Assembly (NCBI GenBank): GCA_947472735.1
Contig: CANJBY010000006.1
Coordinates: forward strand, 14,803-78,802
DNA: 64,000 nt
Direction: 5' to 3'
Source of the DNA: Sphingomonadaceae bacterium
GTDB lineage: Bacteria > Pseudomonadota > Alphaproteobacteria > Sphingomonadales > Sphingomonadaceae
The notes beneath the pieces were generated by a model. The model had not been told where the DNA came from. It did not search any database and worked only from the letters and a program-made list of their open reading frames with translations. A program made the position numbers and the translations under genes. This document shows positions 41,994 to 53,270 of this stretch, piece after piece (within the stretch, counting starts at the first letter, position 1; each line of letters starts with the position of its first letter).

Positions 41994-43118
41994 CTATCCG
42001 CCGAACAGTTTCAGCGAAGCGAGATCGTTCATCGTAACGAACAGCATCAGTGCAAGCACGAAGGCCACGCCGGTGCGGAACGCCCATTCCTGACTGCGCA
42101 GTCCCAGCGGCTTCCGGCGGATCCATTCAGCCGCGTAGAAAGCCAGGTGCCCGCCGTCGAGGCCGGGAATTGGCAGGAGGTTGATGAATGCCAAGTTAAT
42201 CGAGATCATGGCCACGAATGTCACGTAGGAGAGCCAGCCCATGCTGAGCTGTTCCCCGGAATACTTGGCGATCTTGATCGGCCCGCCCAGCTCGTCCACC
42301 GAGCGATGACCGGTGATGATCTGGCCGATGCCGGTGACCATCATGCGCATGATGCCCCAGCTTTGCCGGCCCGCCAGCACGACCGCCTCGCCCGCTCCGA
42401 CCGGCACGATTTCGACCTTGCCGGCGGCAATGCCAATCAGCCCGATCCGGGCCTCGTTGCCGAATTTGTCCTTCACCACATGATCGGCGGCGTGCACGGT
42501 GAACGGCAACTGCCGCCCTTCGCGCTCGACCAGCACCGCCAGGTCATAACCGGCAAAAGGCGCGATATGCTCGCGGATGTCGTCGAAACTGTCGATCGCG
42601 TTGCCGTCGACTGCGATCACCCGGTCGCCAATCCGGATGCCCGCTGCCTGCGCCGGGGACTTTTCGGAAAAGCCGGCAACAACCGGTGATGCTTCGATCC
42701 TGCCGTAAGCGAAGTTGAACGCGGCAAAAATCGCGATGGCGACGAGCAGGTTGGTCAGCGGTCCGGCCAGCACCACCAGCGCGCGCTGCCAGATCGGGCG
42801 AAACTGGAACATGCCCTGCCGCTCGGCCTCGCTAACGCCATCGTTCTGCGGCGCCGGCATGCTCGTCGCGTTGAGATCACCGGAAAATTGGACATAGCCG
42901 CCCAGCGGCAGGACGGAGAGCTTCCAGCGGGTGCCGTACTTGTCTGTCCAGCCGGTCAGTTCCTTGCCGAAGCCAATGGAAAAAGCATCCGCGCGGATCC
43001 CGAAAAGGCGGCCGACCAGCAAATGGCCCAACTCGTGCACCAGCACCAGTGGTCCCAGAACCAGCAGGAAAGCGGCAATTGTGAACAGGATCGACGGCGA
43101 TTGGGCCAAGTCAGACAA
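41994..43118 (-). CDS. rseP: RIP zinc metalloprotease RseP
   Basis: ORF of 374 aa with HELGH in the first TM helix, a PDZ domain (GIRIGDRVIAVDG) and the NLLPIPGLDGGH motif. Confidence 0.9.
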   Translation of the reverse strand: MSDLAQSPSILFTIAAFLLVLGPLVLVHELGHLLVGRLFGIRADAFSIGFGKELTGWTDKYGTRWKLSVLPLGGYVQFSGDLNATSMPAPQNDGVSEAERQGMFQFRPIWQRALVVLAGPLTNLLVAIAIFAAFNFAYGRIEASPVVAGFSEKSPAQAAGIRIGDRVIAVDGNAIDSFDDIREHIAPFAGYDLAVLVEREGRQLPFTVHAADHVVKDKFGNEARIGLIGIAAGKVEIVPVGAGEAVVLAGRQSWGIMRMMVTGIGQIITGHRSVDELGGPIKIAKYSGEQLSMGWLSYVTFVAMISINLAFINLLPIPGLDGGHLAFYAAEWIRRKPLGLRSQEWAFRTGVAFVLALMLFVTMNDLASLKLFGG

Positions 43119-44265
43119 GCTCCAGCAGCGTTTGCGCCCTTATGCGCGTTTCGGCGTCCACGGCAATCACTTCGGCAAGGCATCCAGGCCCGGCCGGCGC
43201 GAACCGGGATAGCGTTTCCTCCACCACTGCGGCAATCCGCGTGAACCCAATCTGACCGCAGAGGAAGGCCGCCACCGCCACCTCATTCGCAGCGTTAAGC
43301 ACCGCCGGGATCGCCCCGCCCGCCTCAGCCGCCTGCCGCGCGAGGCGCGTGGCGGGGAAGCGCTCCTCGTCCGGCGCGCGGAAGGTCAGCTCGCCGATGG
43401 CCGCAAGATCGAGCGGAGCGCAAGGCGTATCCATCCGCGCCGGCCAGGCCAGGCACGAGGCGATCGGCACGCGCATGTCTGATGGACCAAGCTGCGCCAG
43501 AGTCGATCCGTCACGGTATTCGACCATCGAATGCACCACCGACTGCGGGTGGACCACGATCCGCAGCTTGCCGAGCCCGACCGGGAACAGGTGATGCGCC
43601 TCGATCAGTTCCAGGCCCTTGTTGAACATGGTGGCGCTATCAACGCTGATCTTTGCGCCCATGTCCCAGTTGGGGTGCTTGACCGCCTGGGCCGGGGTCG
43701 CCGCAGCGAGCTGCGCGGGCGTCCAGTCGCGGAACGGCCCGCCGCTGGCGGTGAGCGTGATCGAGCGGACATTGCCGATGTCGTTACCGGCCAGGCACTG
43801 GAAGATCGCGTTGTGTTCGCTGTCCATCGGCAGCAAAGTGGCGCCGTGCCGCGCCACCGCGGCCGTCAAGACGTCACCGGCCGAGACCAGCGCCTCCTTG
43901 TTGGCCAGTGCCACCGTCCGCCCCTGCGCGATCGATGCCATTGTCGGCGCGAGGCCCGCACAGCCGACAATGGCGGCGACGGTGATGTCAGCCGGGCGCG
44001 ATGCGGCTTCCTCCAGTGCAGCGCAGCCGGCGGTCGCCTCGATCCCGCTGCCGGAGAGAGCCTCGCGCAGTTCGGCGAGTTTGGCCTCGTCGGCAATCAC
44101 CGCCACCTCAGCCGAAAACTCGCGCGCCAGCCTCGCCAGCTCGGCGGCATTGCCATTGGCGGTGAGGGCGACGACTTGCCAGTTGCCTCGCTCGCGCCGG
44201 ATCAGGTCGAGCGTTGATGCCCCGATGGAACCAGTCGCGCCGAGGATGGAGACGGTGCGGGTCAC
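43111..44265 (-). CDS. dxr: 1-deoxy-D-xylulose 5-phosphate reductoisomerase
   Basis: Within ORF 43111..44346. The GTG start ([18 protein letters not shown]) overlaps the cdsA stop (GTGA). Blocks LANKE and DSEHNAIFQC are present. Confidence 0.95.
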   Translation of the reverse strand: MTRTVSILGATGSIGASTLDLIRRERGNWQVVALTANGNAAELARLAREFSAEVAVIADEAKLAELREALSGSGIEATAGCAALEEAASRPADITVAAIVGCAGLAPTMASIAQGRTVALANKEALVSAGDVLTAAVARHGATLLPMDSEHNAIFQCLAGNDIGNVRSITLTASGGPFRDWTPAQLAAATPAQAVKHPNWDMGAKISVDSATMFNKGLELIEAHHLFPVGLGKLRIVVHPQSVVHSMVEYRDGSTLAQLGPSDMRVPIASCLAWPARMDTPCAPLDLAAIGELTFRAPDEERFPATRLARQAAEAGGAIPAVLNAANEVAVAAFLCGQIGFTRIAAVVEETLSRFAPAGPGCLAEVIAVDAETRIRAQTLLELV

Positions 44266-44996
44266 GCCGGGCTCGGCAACAAGGATCCGCCGCTGAGCAG
44301 CGTTTCGATTACAATTGCGAGGCCGAGCAGGCCTATGACGAAACACACCGCGAGCACGCCGTCGACACGGTCGAACAAGCCGCCGTGACCGGGTATGAGG
44401 TCGCCTGAGTCCTTCACACCTGCTTTCCGTTTCATCCAGCTTTCAAAAAAGTCCCCCGTCTGCGCCACAACTGCGACTACCGCACCGGCCAACAGGTGTT
44501 GCGGGAATAAGGTAACATCTGCCGGCTCGCCGGTCAGGCTGACTATCCCAATCAGGGCCAATCCCGCAGCAGTCGCGCCGCCGATCAAGCCGGCCCAGGT
44601 CTTGGAAGGGCTGATCTTGGGCGCGATCTTGGGTCCGCCGATGGTGCGGCCGGCGAAATAGGCACCGACATCGGTTGCCACCACTGCACCCACAACGGTC
44701 AGGACAAGTACCAGGTCCGGTGCCCCAGCGCGCATTACTGCGAGCGCGGTTCCTGCCAGACCGACATACAGGAGGCCGCCGGCATTCCATAGTCCTCGCG
44801 CTGTTGGCGAGCCGACAAATCGGATCACGAGACCGCGCCACTCCCACACAACCCCCAGCGCCACCAGCGCCACGAACGCCGTCCAAACCCAGCCCCCCAG
44901 CCACAGCGCCGCCCCCGCCACCGCGACCATGATCACGGCCGACAATGTACGCACGCCAAGGTCGCTCTTTTTGGCCACCCCTTCACCGCCCGCCAT
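44262..44996 (-). CDS. cdsA: phosphatidate cytidylyltransferase
   Basis: Within ORF 44262..45092, starting at [12 protein letters not shown] (start uncertain). The signature is [27 protein letters not shown]. Confidence 0.85.
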   Translation of the reverse strand: MAGGEGVAKKSDLGVRTLSAVIMVAVAGAALWLGGWVWTAFVALVALGVVWEWRGLVIRFVGSPTARGLWNAGGLLYVGLAGTALAVMRAGAPDLVLVLTVVGAVVATDVGAYFAGRTIGGPKIAPKISPSKTWAGLIGGATAAGLALIGIVSLTGEPADVTLFPQHLLAGAVVAVVAQTGDFFESWMKRKAGVKDSGDLIPGHGGLFDRVDGVLAVCFVIGLLGLAIVIETLLSGGSLLPSPA

Positions 44997-45675
44997 AGCG
45001 CCGCTCCCGCTTGGCGAAATCATCCAGCGCGGCCTGCAGATGCTCCGGCGTGAAATCCGGCCAGAGCGTATCCAAGAACAGCATCTCGGCATAGGCCGCT
45101 TGCCACAGCAGGAAATTCGAAAGCCGCACTTCGCCCGAGGTGCGGATCAGCAGGTCAAGCGGCGGGAGGCCAGCGGTATCCAGCTCCGCCTCGATGCTCT
45201 CCACCGTCACAGCCCCCTTGGCCGCGGCATTGGCGGCGGCGCGGGCGATCTCGTCCTGTGAGCCGTAGTTGAGCGCAACCACCAGCGTGGTCCCGGTGTT
45301 CGTCGCGGTGCGCTTCAGCGCGCCTTCGATCAGTTCGACGACATCCGGCGAAAATTTGCGGTAATCGCCGATGATTTTCAGCCGCACCCCGGCTTCCGCA
45401 AACTCGTCCAGATCGGCGAGGATAAAAGCCTTCATCAAACCCATCAGGGCCGAGATCTCGTCCTCCGGGCGGCGCCAGTTCTCGGTCGAGAAGGCGTAGA
45501 GCGTCAGCGCCTCCAGCCCCATGTCGCCCGCTGCGCGAACCACCTTGCGCACAGCCTCTACCCCGCGCTTGTGCCCTAAGGCGCGCGGCAAATGGCGTTT
45601 CCTGGCCCAGCGCCCGTTGCCATCCATGATGATGGCGACATGGCGCGCGCCTTGGCTGGCGCGCTTGCTGGTCAC
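44983..45675 (-). CDS. uppS: isoprenyl transferase (undecaprenyl diphosphate synthase)
   Basis: ORF of 230 aa with [13 protein letters not shown] and the [19 protein letters not shown] motif. Its GTG overlaps the frr stop. Confidence 0.95.
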   Translation of the reverse strand: MTSKRASQGARHVAIIMDGNGRWARKRHLPRALGHKRGVEAVRKVVRAAGDMGLEALTLYAFSTENWRRPEDEISALMGLMKAFILADLDEFAEAGVRLKIIGDYRKFSPDVVELIEGALKRTATNTGTTLVVALNYGSQDEIARAAANAAAKGAVTVESIEAELDTAGLPPLDLLIRTSGEVRLSNFLLWQAAYAEMLFLDTLWPDFTPEHLQAALDDFAKRERRYGGR

Positions 45676-46229
45676 CTGCCGAGGATTTCCTGTTCCTTCT
45701 GCGCGGCGACCGCATCGGCTTCCTTGATGATCTCGTCAGTCAGCTTCTGGACCTCGGCCTCGCCGCGCTTGCGGTCGTCTTCCGAGATTTCCTTCTTGGC
45801 CTCGTCCGCCTTCAGGTTGTCCATGCCGTCGCGGCGGACGTTGCGGATCGCGATGCGCGCTTTTTCGGCATAAGTGTGGGCCAGCTTGGCGAGTTCCTTG
45901 CGGCGCTCTTCAGTCAGATCAGGAATCGGCAGGCGGATGTTGTTCCCATCATTGATCGGGTTGAGCCCGAGCCCGGCCGAACGGATCGCCTTCTCCACTG
46001 GCCCGATGTTCACCTTGTCCCACACCTGCACCGAGAGCAGACGCGGTTCGGGCGCGGAGACAGTTGCGACCTGATTGAGCGGCATCTGACTGCCATAGAC
46101 CTCGACCGTAATCGGATCGAGCAGCGCGGTGTTGGCGCGCCCGGTGCGCAAGCCGCCGAGATCGCTGCGCAGCGATTCCACTGCGCCCTTCATCCGGCGT
46201 TCGAGATCAGCCTTGTCATATTTGGCCAT
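45672..46229 (-). CDS. frr: ribosome recycling factor
   Basis: ORF of 185 aa, [33 protein letters not shown]..., which reads as an RRF sequence. Confidence 0.95.
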   Translation of the reverse strand: MAKYDKADLERRMKGAVESLRSDLGGLRTGRANTALLDPITVEVYGSQMPLNQVATVSAPEPRLLSVQVWDKVNIGPVEKAIRSAGLGLNPINDGNNIRLPIPDLTEERRKELAKLAHTYAEKARIAIRNVRRDGMDNLKADEAKKEISEDDRKRGEAEVQKLTDEIIKEADAVAAQKEQEILGR

Positions 46230-46233
46230 GGGA

Positions 46234-46950
46234 TCAGCCCTTCTTCACGATTGTCTGCGTCCCCCCGCCGGCGAGCACCTTTGCGAGGTTGCCCTGCTCG
46301 CGGATCGAGAAGACGACGATGGGGATGGCGTTGTCGCGGCACAAAGCGACGGCAGAGGCATCCATAACCTTGAGATTATTTGCCAGTACTGTATCATAAT
46401 CGACTGTATCGTAACGCTTGGCCGCAGGATTGGTCTTGGGATCGCTGTCATAGATGCCGTCTACGGACGTACCCTTGAACAGCGCGTCGCACTGCATCTC
46501 CGCCGCTCGCAGGGCCGCGCCGCTGTCGGTGGTGAAATAGGGAGCGCCGACGCCGGCGGCGAAAATCACCACCCGGCCCTTCTCGAGATGTCGCTCGGCC
46601 CTGCGACGGATCACCGGCTCGCAAACCTGATCCATCTGCACCGCCGATTGCACCCGGGTTTCGACCCCCAGCTGCTCCAGCGCGTTCTGCATGGCGAGCG
46701 CGTTCATCACCGTCGCGAGCATGCCCATGTAGTCGGCCTGGGCCCGGTCCATACCCCGGGCCGCGCCGGCCATGCCACGGAAGATGTTCCCGCCGCCGAT
46801 GACCAGGCAAATTTCCAGCCCGGTTTCCTTGGCCGCTTTCACTTCCTTGGCCAGCTCGGCCACGAATTCGGGGTCGATCCCGAACTGCTGGTTGCCCATC
46901 AGCACTTCGCCGGAGAGTTTCAGGAGGATGCGTTTGTAAGGCTGGCTCAT
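46234..46950 (-). CDS. pyrH: UMP kinase
   Basis: Starts at [17 protein letters not shown] within ORF 46234..47061. The [10 protein letters not shown] block is present. Confidence 0.95.
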   Translation of the reverse strand: MSQPYKRILLKLSGEVLMGNQQFGIDPEFVAELAKEVKAAKETGLEICLVIGGGNIFRGMAGAARGMDRAQADYMGMLATVMNALAMQNALEQLGVETRVQSAVQMDQVCEPVIRRRAERHLEKGRVVIFAAGVGAPYFTTDSGAALRAAEMQCDALFKGTSVDGIYDSDPKTNPAAKRYDTVDYDTVLANNLKVMDASAVALCRDNAIPIVVFSIREQGNLAKVLAGGGTQTIVKKG

Positions 46951-47036
46951 CGCGGGGTGCAACGCTCTCGACAGGGTTTGGAGGGCCTTAGACCGATGGC
47001 GGGGGGATGCCAAGGTGCGTACAGGGAAAAGGGCGC

Positions 47037-47062
47037 GCCTTGCAGCGCGCCCTTCAGTCATT
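47037..47062 (-). terminator. intrinsic terminator downstream of tsf
   Basis: On the minus strand, GGGCGCGC tgcaag GCGCGCCC is followed by TTTTCCC. It lies 20 nt after the tsf stop (47082) and before the pyrH start. Confidence 0.6.
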
Positions 47063-47081
47063 CCACAACGTTTTTAGGGAC

Positions 47082-48008
47082 TCAGTTCAGCCCGGCAGCC
47101 GCGGCCACTTCGGCTGCGAAATCGCTGACTTCCTTCTCGATGCCTTCGCCGAGCTGGAAGCGGACGTAGTCCTTGAGCACGATCTTGGCGCCGGCAGCCT
47201 TGCCAGCCTGCTCGACGACCTGCGCGACGGGCGTCTTGTTGTCCATCACGAAGAGCTGGCTGAGCAGCGCGTTGTCCTTGGCGAACTTGGCGACCGCGCC
47301 GTCGACCATCTTGGTCTGGACGTCGGCCGGTTTGCCGCTCTCGGCAGCCTTCTCGGCCGCGATCTTGCGTTCGCGGGCGATCATCTCGGCGTCGAGGCCA
47401 TCGGCGTTCAGCGCCAGCGGGAAAGCCGCGGCGATGTGCATCGCGATCTGCTTGCCCAGCGGCTCGAGCACGTCAGCGCCCGCTTCGGATTCCAGCGCGA
47501 CCAGCACGCCGATCTTGCCGAGCATCGGGGCGGCGGCATTGTGCATGTAGGGCACGACCACGCCGTTCGAGACCGAAACGGTCTTCATGCGGCGAACCTG
47601 CTGGTTCTCGCCGATGGTGGCGACATTGTTGGTCAGCTTGTCGGCGACGGTGCCGCCATCGGGATAGGCCGCAGCCTTGAGCGCTTCGACATCGTCCGAA
47701 GCGGCGCCCAGCGCGACTTCGGTGGTCTTGCGCACGAAGTCCTGGAACTGGTCGTTCTTGGCGACGAAATCGGTTTCGGAGTTGACCTCGACGGCCACGC
47801 CCTTGGTGCCCGAAACGGCGACGCCGACCAGGCCCTCGGCCGCAGTGCGGCTGGACTTCTTCGCGACGGCGGCCAGACCCTTGGCCCGCAGCAGATCGAC
47901 TGCGGCTTCCATGTCGCCGCCGGTTTCGTCCATCGCCTTCTTGCAGTCCATCATGCCGGCGCCGGTGCGCTCGCGCAGATTCTTCACGTCAGTGGCGGTG
48001 TAAGCCAT
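47082..48008 (-). CDS. tsf: translation elongation factor Ts
   Basis: ORF of 308 aa with N-terminal [19 protein letters not shown], typical of EF-Ts. Confidence 0.95.
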   Translation of the reverse strand: MAYTATDVKNLRERTGAGMMDCKKAMDETGGDMEAAVDLLRAKGLAAVAKKSSRTAAEGLVGVAVSGTKGVAVEVNSETDFVAKNDQFQDFVRKTTEVALGAASDDVEALKAAAYPDGGTVADKLTNNVATIGENQQVRRMKTVSVSNGVVVPYMHNAAAPMLGKIGVLVALESEAGADVLEPLGKQIAMHIAAAFPLALNADGLDAEMIARERKIAAEKAAESGKPADVQTKMVDGAVAKFAKDNALLSQLFVMDNKTPVAQVVEQAGKAAGAKIVLKDYVRFQLGEGIEKEVSDFAAEVAAAAGLN

Positions 48009-48085
48009 TGCGCATATCCTTCTGAATTGATTCGATGCGGCCGGGCGCGCTGGCCCGGCTCACACCTGGTTCGTACCGGGAAGCC

Positions 48086-48868
48086 TCAGGCTTCCGAAAC
48101 GGCTTCCGCAGCGGGTTCGGCAACAACGTCCTCAACCTCGGGCTCAGCCATTGCGCCGATATCGGCACCGCTATCGACGACGGCCTCGCGGCCGCCCTTC
48201 TTGGCCGCAGCAGCGACGGAGTCGCAGTAGAGGCGAATGGCGCGGCTGGCGTCGTCGTTTGCCGGGATCGGGAACGCGATGCCATCGGGCGAGACGTTGG
48301 AATCGAGGATCGCCACCACCGGGATACCCAGTACGTTGGCTTCCTTGATCGCCAGTTCTTCCTTGTTGGCGTCGATCACGAACATCACTTCGGGAATGCC
48401 GCCCATGTCGCGGATGCCGCCGAGCGAAAGCTCGAGCTTGTCACGCTCACGCGTGAGCTGAAGCACTTCCTTCTTGGTCAGGCCGTACATATCGCCCGAA
48501 AGCTGCTCGTCGAGCGTCTTGAGGCGCTTGATCGACTGCGAGATGGTCTTCCAGTTGGTGAGCATGCCGCCCAGCCAGCGATGGTTCACGAAATGCTGGC
48601 CAGCCGCACGGGCGGCCTGGGCGATCGGCTCCTGAGCCTGGCGCTTGGTGCCGACGAACAGCACCTTTCCGCCGGCGCGAACCGTGGCATCGATGAAATC
48701 GAGCGCGCGGGCGAACAGCGGGACCGTCTGCGACAGGTCAAGCACGTGGATGCCATTGCGGGCGCCGAAGATGTACGGCTTCATCCGCGGGTTCCAGCGG
48801 TGGGTCTGGTGGCCGAAATGAGCGCCGGCCTCAATCAATTGCTGCATGGTGACGACTGGAGCCGCCAT
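48086..48868 (-). CDS. rpsB: 30S ribosomal protein S2
   Basis: Starts at [29 protein letters not shown] within ORF 48086..48946. Confidence 0.95.
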   Translation of the reverse strand: MAAPVVTMQQLIEAGAHFGHQTHRWNPRMKPYIFGARNGIHVLDLSQTVPLFARALDFIDATVRAGGKVLFVGTKRQAQEPIAQAARAAGQHFVNHRWLGGMLTNWKTISQSIKRLKTLDEQLSGDMYGLTKKEVLQLTRERDKLELSLGGIRDMGGIPEVMFVIDANKEELAIKEANVLGIPVVAILDSNVSPDGIAFPIPANDDASRAIRLYCDSVAAAAKKGGREAVVDSGADIGAMAEPEVEDVVAEPAAEAVSEA

Positions 48869-49146
48869 AGGTAATTCCTTTCCGGTTACACCTCCGGGAT
48901 GCTGGAACCGTGCGGTGAGTCTGACGACCTTGGCCCGCTGCGGCACCGGTATGAGCGCATCCCGTGTGAATTTGCCCTGCTCGCCCGGCCCCCGTTTGGA
49001 ACCGCCCGTCAGGACGCCGCGCGCCTAGCCCGGAAACCGTCGAAAATCCAGTACAGAATCGCAGGTCGCCGGATAATGAGAACAAACCATGAATTTACTG
49101 CTTGACGCTTTGGAACAAACGTGGAACTTTCCGGCCATGACGCCAA

Positions 49147-49443
49147 ATGGGGCGCTCAGCACAGGACACCAAGGCCATGATCGCCATGTCGCTCACGTTG
49201 CTCTTTACCGCTGTCGGACTGTTCGCCCTTGGCGCAATCGCACTCACCTGGCGCGAATACGGGGAGGCCGCGCTGCATGTTTTTCGCACCGCCCCCGACC
49301 TGCTGGCCGATTGCAGCGACATGCGTGAGGTTCGTTATGCGATCTTCGCCGTGCCGGTTCAGACGGAAGCCAGGGGTCTCGTGCTCAGGGCGGACTTCAG
49401 TGCCCGTCGCCGACTGGCTGCGCCGGGCCGCCTCGCCGCTTGA
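49147..49443 (+). CDS. hypothetical small membrane protein (uncertain)
   Basis: ORF of 98 aa with one hydrophobic helix (MIAMSLTLLFTAVGLFALGAIAL) and moderately high GC3. There is no clear RBS, and it overlaps the pssA 3-prime end by 47 nt. It may not be a real gene. Confidence 0.3.
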   Translation: MGRSAQDTKAMIAMSLTLLFTAVGLFALGAIALTWREYGEAALHVFRTAPDLLADCSDMREVRYAIFAVPVQTEARGLVLRADFSARRRLAAPGRLAA

Positions 49444-50194
49444 TGCGGAAATAGGTCACCGCACCAACCGGGATCAGCGCAAGATAAAGCAAGCAAATTC
49501 CTGCCAGAGTCCACCAAGGTTCGGTCAGTAACGCAGCGACCACCAGCCCGGTCACCGCCAGCACTTCCAGGCGGAAACGGCGGCGCGGACGCATCCGTCC
49601 CCAGCTGAGCGTGGGAACGCTGGAGATCATCAGGAAAGCGATCGCCACAAGCCACACGCCGACGGGCAGCGGCTCGGCGAATTCGTTGCGGCCTGAAACG
49701 ATCCACAGATACATCGGCAAAAATGCCAGACCCGCCCCCACTGGCGCGGGTACGCCTGTCAGGAAACCGGCCAGTTTGTGGGGTTGATCGGGCAAGTCGA
49801 TCCGGGCGTTGAACCGGGCGAGACGCAGTACGCAGCAGATCGCGAAGGCCAGCGCCGCGAACCAGCCGAGGCGCGGCAATTGCTGCAAGGCCCACAAGTA
49901 GACAATCAGCGCCGGAGCCACGCCGAAATTGATCGCATCGGCGAGGCTGTCGAGTTCTGCTCCAAAGCGCGATTGCGCCTTGAGCAGCCGGGCAATCCGT
50001 CCGTCGATCCCGTCCAGCATTCCGGCCAGAATTACCGCCATGACTGACTTTTCGAAGTCGCCCGCGATGGCGAAGCGAATCCCGGTCAGTCCGATGCACA
50101 ACGCGGCCGCCGTGATTGCATTGGGCGCCAGCGCACGCAGCGTCAGCCCGCTCGGAAGGCGCCGCTCGCGCCGGCCGGGAATGTCGCCGGTCAC
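49397..50194 (-). CDS. pssA: CDP-diacylglycerol--serine O-phosphatidyltransferase
   Basis: ORF of 265 aa with the CDP-alcohol phosphatidyltransferase motif [26 protein letters not shown]. Its GTG start overlaps the psd stop (GTGA). Confidence 0.9.
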   Translation of the reverse strand: MTGDIPGRRERRLPSGLTLRALAPNAITAAALCIGLTGIRFAIAGDFEKSVMAVILAGMLDGIDGRIARLLKAQSRFGAELDSLADAINFGVAPALIVYLWALQQLPRLGWFAALAFAICCVLRLARFNARIDLPDQPHKLAGFLTGVPAPVGAGLAFLPMYLWIVSGRNEFAEPLPVGVWLVAIAFLMISSVPTLSWGRMRPRRRFRLEVLAVTGLVVAALLTEPWWTLAGICLLYLALIPVGAVTYFRIKRRGGPAQPVGDGH

Positions 50195-50949
50195 TGTGCG
50201 ATGCCTTCCAGCATCGGTTGGGCGCCGATCTCAGCCAGCACTGTCTCACCGGCAGTGATCCGCTGCCCCATCAGGACGCGCGGTTCGGTGCCCTTGGGCA
50301 GGTATACGTCAACCCGGCTACCGAATCGGATCAATCCGACGCGCTGCCCGGCCGCGATGATGTCTCCCGGCTTGATGAACGGTACGATACGCCGGGCCAC
50401 AAGGCCGGCAATCTGGGTGAAGGCGATGCTTGTTCCGTCTGCCCGCTCGATCAGGATATGCTGGCGCTCGTTCTCGTCGCTCGCCTTGTCGAGCGCCGCG
50501 TCCATGAACTTTCCGGGTATATAGATCACTCGGCGCACTGTACCGCCGATCGGCGCCCGATTGATGTGCACGTCGAAGACGCTCATGAAGATCGAAATCC
50601 GCGTCACCGGCTCTCCCCCCAGTCGGGTCGGGCCAGTCCCGTCATCCATCGCCAGTTCGCGAGGCGGGGCGACTTGCTGGATCAACGTGACCAGTCCGTC
50701 GGCCGGGGCGATAACAAAGCGTTCGTCCTGCGGAGTTACGCGGCGCGGATCGCGGAAGAAGGCCAGAACGCCGAGCCCCAGCACGCCAAGCGGCCAGGCC
50801 AGCGTCTCCCAGGCCATCAACGCGCAGCCAGCCGCTACCGCGAAGACGATAAGTGCGAACTTGCGTCCTTCGGGGTGAACCGGAGGGAAACTCCAGCCGA
50901 CTTCGCCGCGGCCGCGATTGTCCAGAATGTCATTGGGCATCGCGTCCAT
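50191..50949 (-). CDS. psd: phosphatidylserine decarboxylase proenzyme
   Basis: ORF of 252 aa with a self-cleavage site region ([12 protein letters not shown]) and an N-terminal membrane anchor. Confidence 0.9.
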   Translation of the reverse strand: MDAMPNDILDNRGRGEVGWSFPPVHPEGRKFALIVFAVAAGCALMAWETLAWPLGVLGLGVLAFFRDPRRVTPQDERFVIAPADGLVTLIQQVAPPRELAMDDGTGPTRLGGEPVTRISIFMSVFDVHINRAPIGGTVRRVIYIPGKFMDAALDKASDENERQHILIERADGTSIAFTQIAGLVARRIVPFIKPGDIIAAGQRVGLIRFGSRVDVYLPKGTEPRVLMGQRITAGETVLAEIGAQPMLEGIAQ

Positions 50950-51296
50950 CTAGGCGCTGTCAGTGGCCGGGGCAAGCGGTCCGCGGCCCCGAGATCGCGG
51001 GAAGCGCACACGAAGCACCGATTTCTGGCTGACGCAGAGGCTGCCGAAAAGAAATGAGACGTGTGGAGCGCGCAAGGGATGCAGTGGGCCCGGCCCTGGA
51101 CCCTCGGTTCCAGCGATGCCTCCTCGCCGCATTGTAAACGGGCTCAACCGCCAGCGCCCCAACCAGCACTGCCCTGTCCTCACACCATTGGCCATTGACA
51201 GCACCGCACCGGTTCGCCAAGAGCGCGCCTTCTCGGCCGGATGGCTTCCTTGTGGAGCCGACTTTGCGGGGCGACCCGTCACCGGCAGGCTGGTGT

Positions 51297-51382
51297 GGAC
51301 AGGTGGCCGAGTGGTTAATGGCAGCAGACTGTAAATCTGCCCGCGAGAGCGTACGGTGGTTCGAATCCACCCCTGTCCACCA
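51297..51382 (+). tRNA. tRNA-Tyr (GTA anticodon)
   Basis: GGACAGGTGGCCGAGTGGTTAATGGCAGCAGACTGTAAATCTGCCCGCGAGAGCGTACGGTGGTTCGAATCCACCCCTGTCCACCA. The anticodon stem is GCAGA/TCTGC with loop CTGTAAA. It has a long variable arm, a GGTTCGAATCC T-loop and an encoded CCA. Confidence 0.9.
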
Positions 51383-51490
51383 CCCGCCCCTTCCGATCCC
51401 GACGGGACCGTCGTTCACCTCCGATTGACCCTTTCTTGCCTGTCCGTGCACAGACTGGCAGGGAGACGCCATGTCCAGGGAAACACCATC

Positions 51491-52303
51491 ATGAGCAAAC
51501 AAGACACCCCCAAGCCTTCGCGGTCGCTGCGAGGTCGTGCCGGACGAATGCAAGGCGGGCGCGGCAGCGGCAGGGCCAGCCAGGGCGCCGTACGGCTGTG
51601 GGGCCGTCACGCGGTCGAAGCCGCGCTCAAGAACCCGGAGCGGCGCCACCGCAAGCTCTGGGCCACGCGGGAGAGTATTGCCTCGCTGGACGGAGAACTG
51701 CCAGAACACTTCCCGCTGGAATATGCCCAGGGGGCAGATCTTGCCCGGCTGGTCGCTCGGGATGCACCGCACCAGGGGTTGGTGCTCGATTGCGACATGC
51801 TGGAAGACATCTTCCTCGATGATGTGCTGGTCGGCGATCCGGCGCGACCGATCATAGTGCTCGATCAGGTAACGGACCCGCACAACGTGGGCGCGATCCT
51901 GCGCTCTGCTGCGGCATTCAACGCTGCTGCGCTGGTCACGCAGGACCGGCACGCACCGCCCGAATCCGGCACATTGGCCAAATCCGCCTCGGGCGCACTC
52001 GAGGTCGTGCCATGGGTACGGGTTGTAAACCTGGCCCGAGCGCTGGAGGAGATTGCCGAAGCCGGTTACTGGCGGATAGGGCTGGACGGCGCCGGCACGT
52101 CGAATCTGGCGGACGCGCTACCCGTCGGCCCGGTCGCGCTGGTGCTTGGTGCCGAGGGTGAAGGCATGCGCCACAATATCGTCCAGCACTGCGATGCCAT
52201 CGCCCGACTGCCGATTGGCGATGCGATCGAAAGCCTCAACGTCTCGAACGCGGCCGCGATCGCGCTTTATGCCGCAGCGACTCGGCCGGGAGTCGATGCG
52301 TGA
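51491..52303 (+). CDS. rlmB: 23S rRNA (guanosine-2'-O-)-methyltransferase RlmB (SpoU/TrmH family)
   Basis: Starts at MSKQDTPKPS within ORF 51356..52303 (the upstream part overlaps the tRNA). SpoU motifs are LDQVTDPHNVGAILRSA, LVLGAEGEGMR and ESLNVSNAAAIALY. Confidence 0.85.
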   Translation: MSKQDTPKPSRSLRGRAGRMQGGRGSGRASQGAVRLWGRHAVEAALKNPERRHRKLWATRESIASLDGELPEHFPLEYAQGADLARLVARDAPHQGLVLDCDMLEDIFLDDVLVGDPARPIIVLDQVTDPHNVGAILRSAAAFNAAALVTQDRHAPPESGTLAKSASGALEVVPWVRVVNLARALEEIAEAGYWRIGLDGAGTSNLADALPVGPVALVLGAEGEGMRHNIVQHCDAIARLPIGDAIESLNVSNAAAIALYAAATRPGVDA

Positions 52304-53157
52304 TCGCCAAGACGCTACGCGCAGCCCTGGCTGTCGGCCTGGCGGCGCTGCTAGCGGGCTGCCTGCTTACTCCGGGGAAGTTCACTTCCAGCCTCGACCT
52401 GCGCCATGACGGGACTTTCACATATGCCTACACCGGCGAGATCCATTTGCTGGCTCTGAGCAAGTTGGCACAGATGGGTCGCAATGCCGGTGGCAAGGCG
52501 GAATTTACCCTCGGGCCTTGCTTTGACAACGCCGGTGAGGTCCGAGAATGCACCGACGCAGAGCAGCGTAGCCAGCGCGAAGACTGGGATGCCGCTCAGA
52601 TCCGCACTGTCGAAAGAAACCGTCGCGAGGCCGAATCGATGCGCGCCTTGCTTGGCGGGATCGACCCTTCCGATCCCAAGGCGGCCGAAGAGCTCGCCGC
52701 GCGCCTGCGCAAGCAGGAGGGGTGGAAGAGCGTGACCTACAAGGGCGAGGGCCTGTTCCAGGTCGATTTCGCCCTGGCCGGCACACTGGACCACGACTTC
52801 GCCTTTCCAACGATCGAGCGGTTCACCCTGGCCAACAGCTTCATTACCCTCTCGCGCCGCAGCGACGGAACCGTGCGGCTCGATGCACCGGGATTCGGCG
52901 CGGAGGCTACGGGGGGATATTTCGGCACCATGATGCAGGGCATGGCAATGGCTGGCGGGAACGACGGTGCCAGGCCGGACGGACCGCGCCTCCCGACGCC
53001 TGAAGGGCGTTTCACAGTCACCACCGATGCACAAGTGATTGCCAACAACACCGACGAAGGGCCCCAGGCCGATCAGCGTGGCCAAATGCTCACGTGGACG
53101 GTCAACCCACGCTCCACCGCAGCGCCGATGGCGGTGTTCAGGCTCGCGGGGAAGTAA
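52300..53157 (+). CDS. hypothetical lipoprotein
   Basis: ORF of 285 aa with a signal peptide and lipobox (LAALLAGC). Its GTG start overlaps the rlmB stop (GTGA). I recognised no functional motif. Confidence 0.6.
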   Translation: MIAKTLRAALAVGLAALLAGCLLTPGKFTSSLDLRHDGTFTYAYTGEIHLLALSKLAQMGRNAGGKAEFTLGPCFDNAGEVRECTDAEQRSQREDWDAAQIRTVERNRREAESMRALLGGIDPSDPKAAEELAARLRKQEGWKSVTYKGEGLFQVDFALAGTLDHDFAFPTIERFTLANSFITLSRRSDGTVRLDAPGFGAEATGGYFGTMMQGMAMAGGNDGARPDGPRLPTPEGRFTVTTDAQVIANNTDEGPQADQRGQMLTWTVNPRSTAAPMAVFRLAGK

Positions 53158-53186
53158 GCCTTCCCTCCTCTGACGTTTGAATGCGC

Positions 53187-53236
53187 CAAAAGAAACGCCG
53201 CGCTCACCCGAGTGAGCGCGGCGGAACTTTTTCTCG
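53187..53236. terminator. bidirectional intrinsic terminator
   Basis: A perfect 12-bp stem, CGCCGCGCTCAC ccga GTGAGCGCGGCG (53196..53223), is flanked by AAAAGAAA upstream and AACTTTTTCTC downstream. It lies between the convergent lipoprotein gene and hupB. Confidence 0.75.
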
Positions 53237-53270
53237 GACCGCGAGGCGTTGCGGCCCAAGTCGGTCGATC

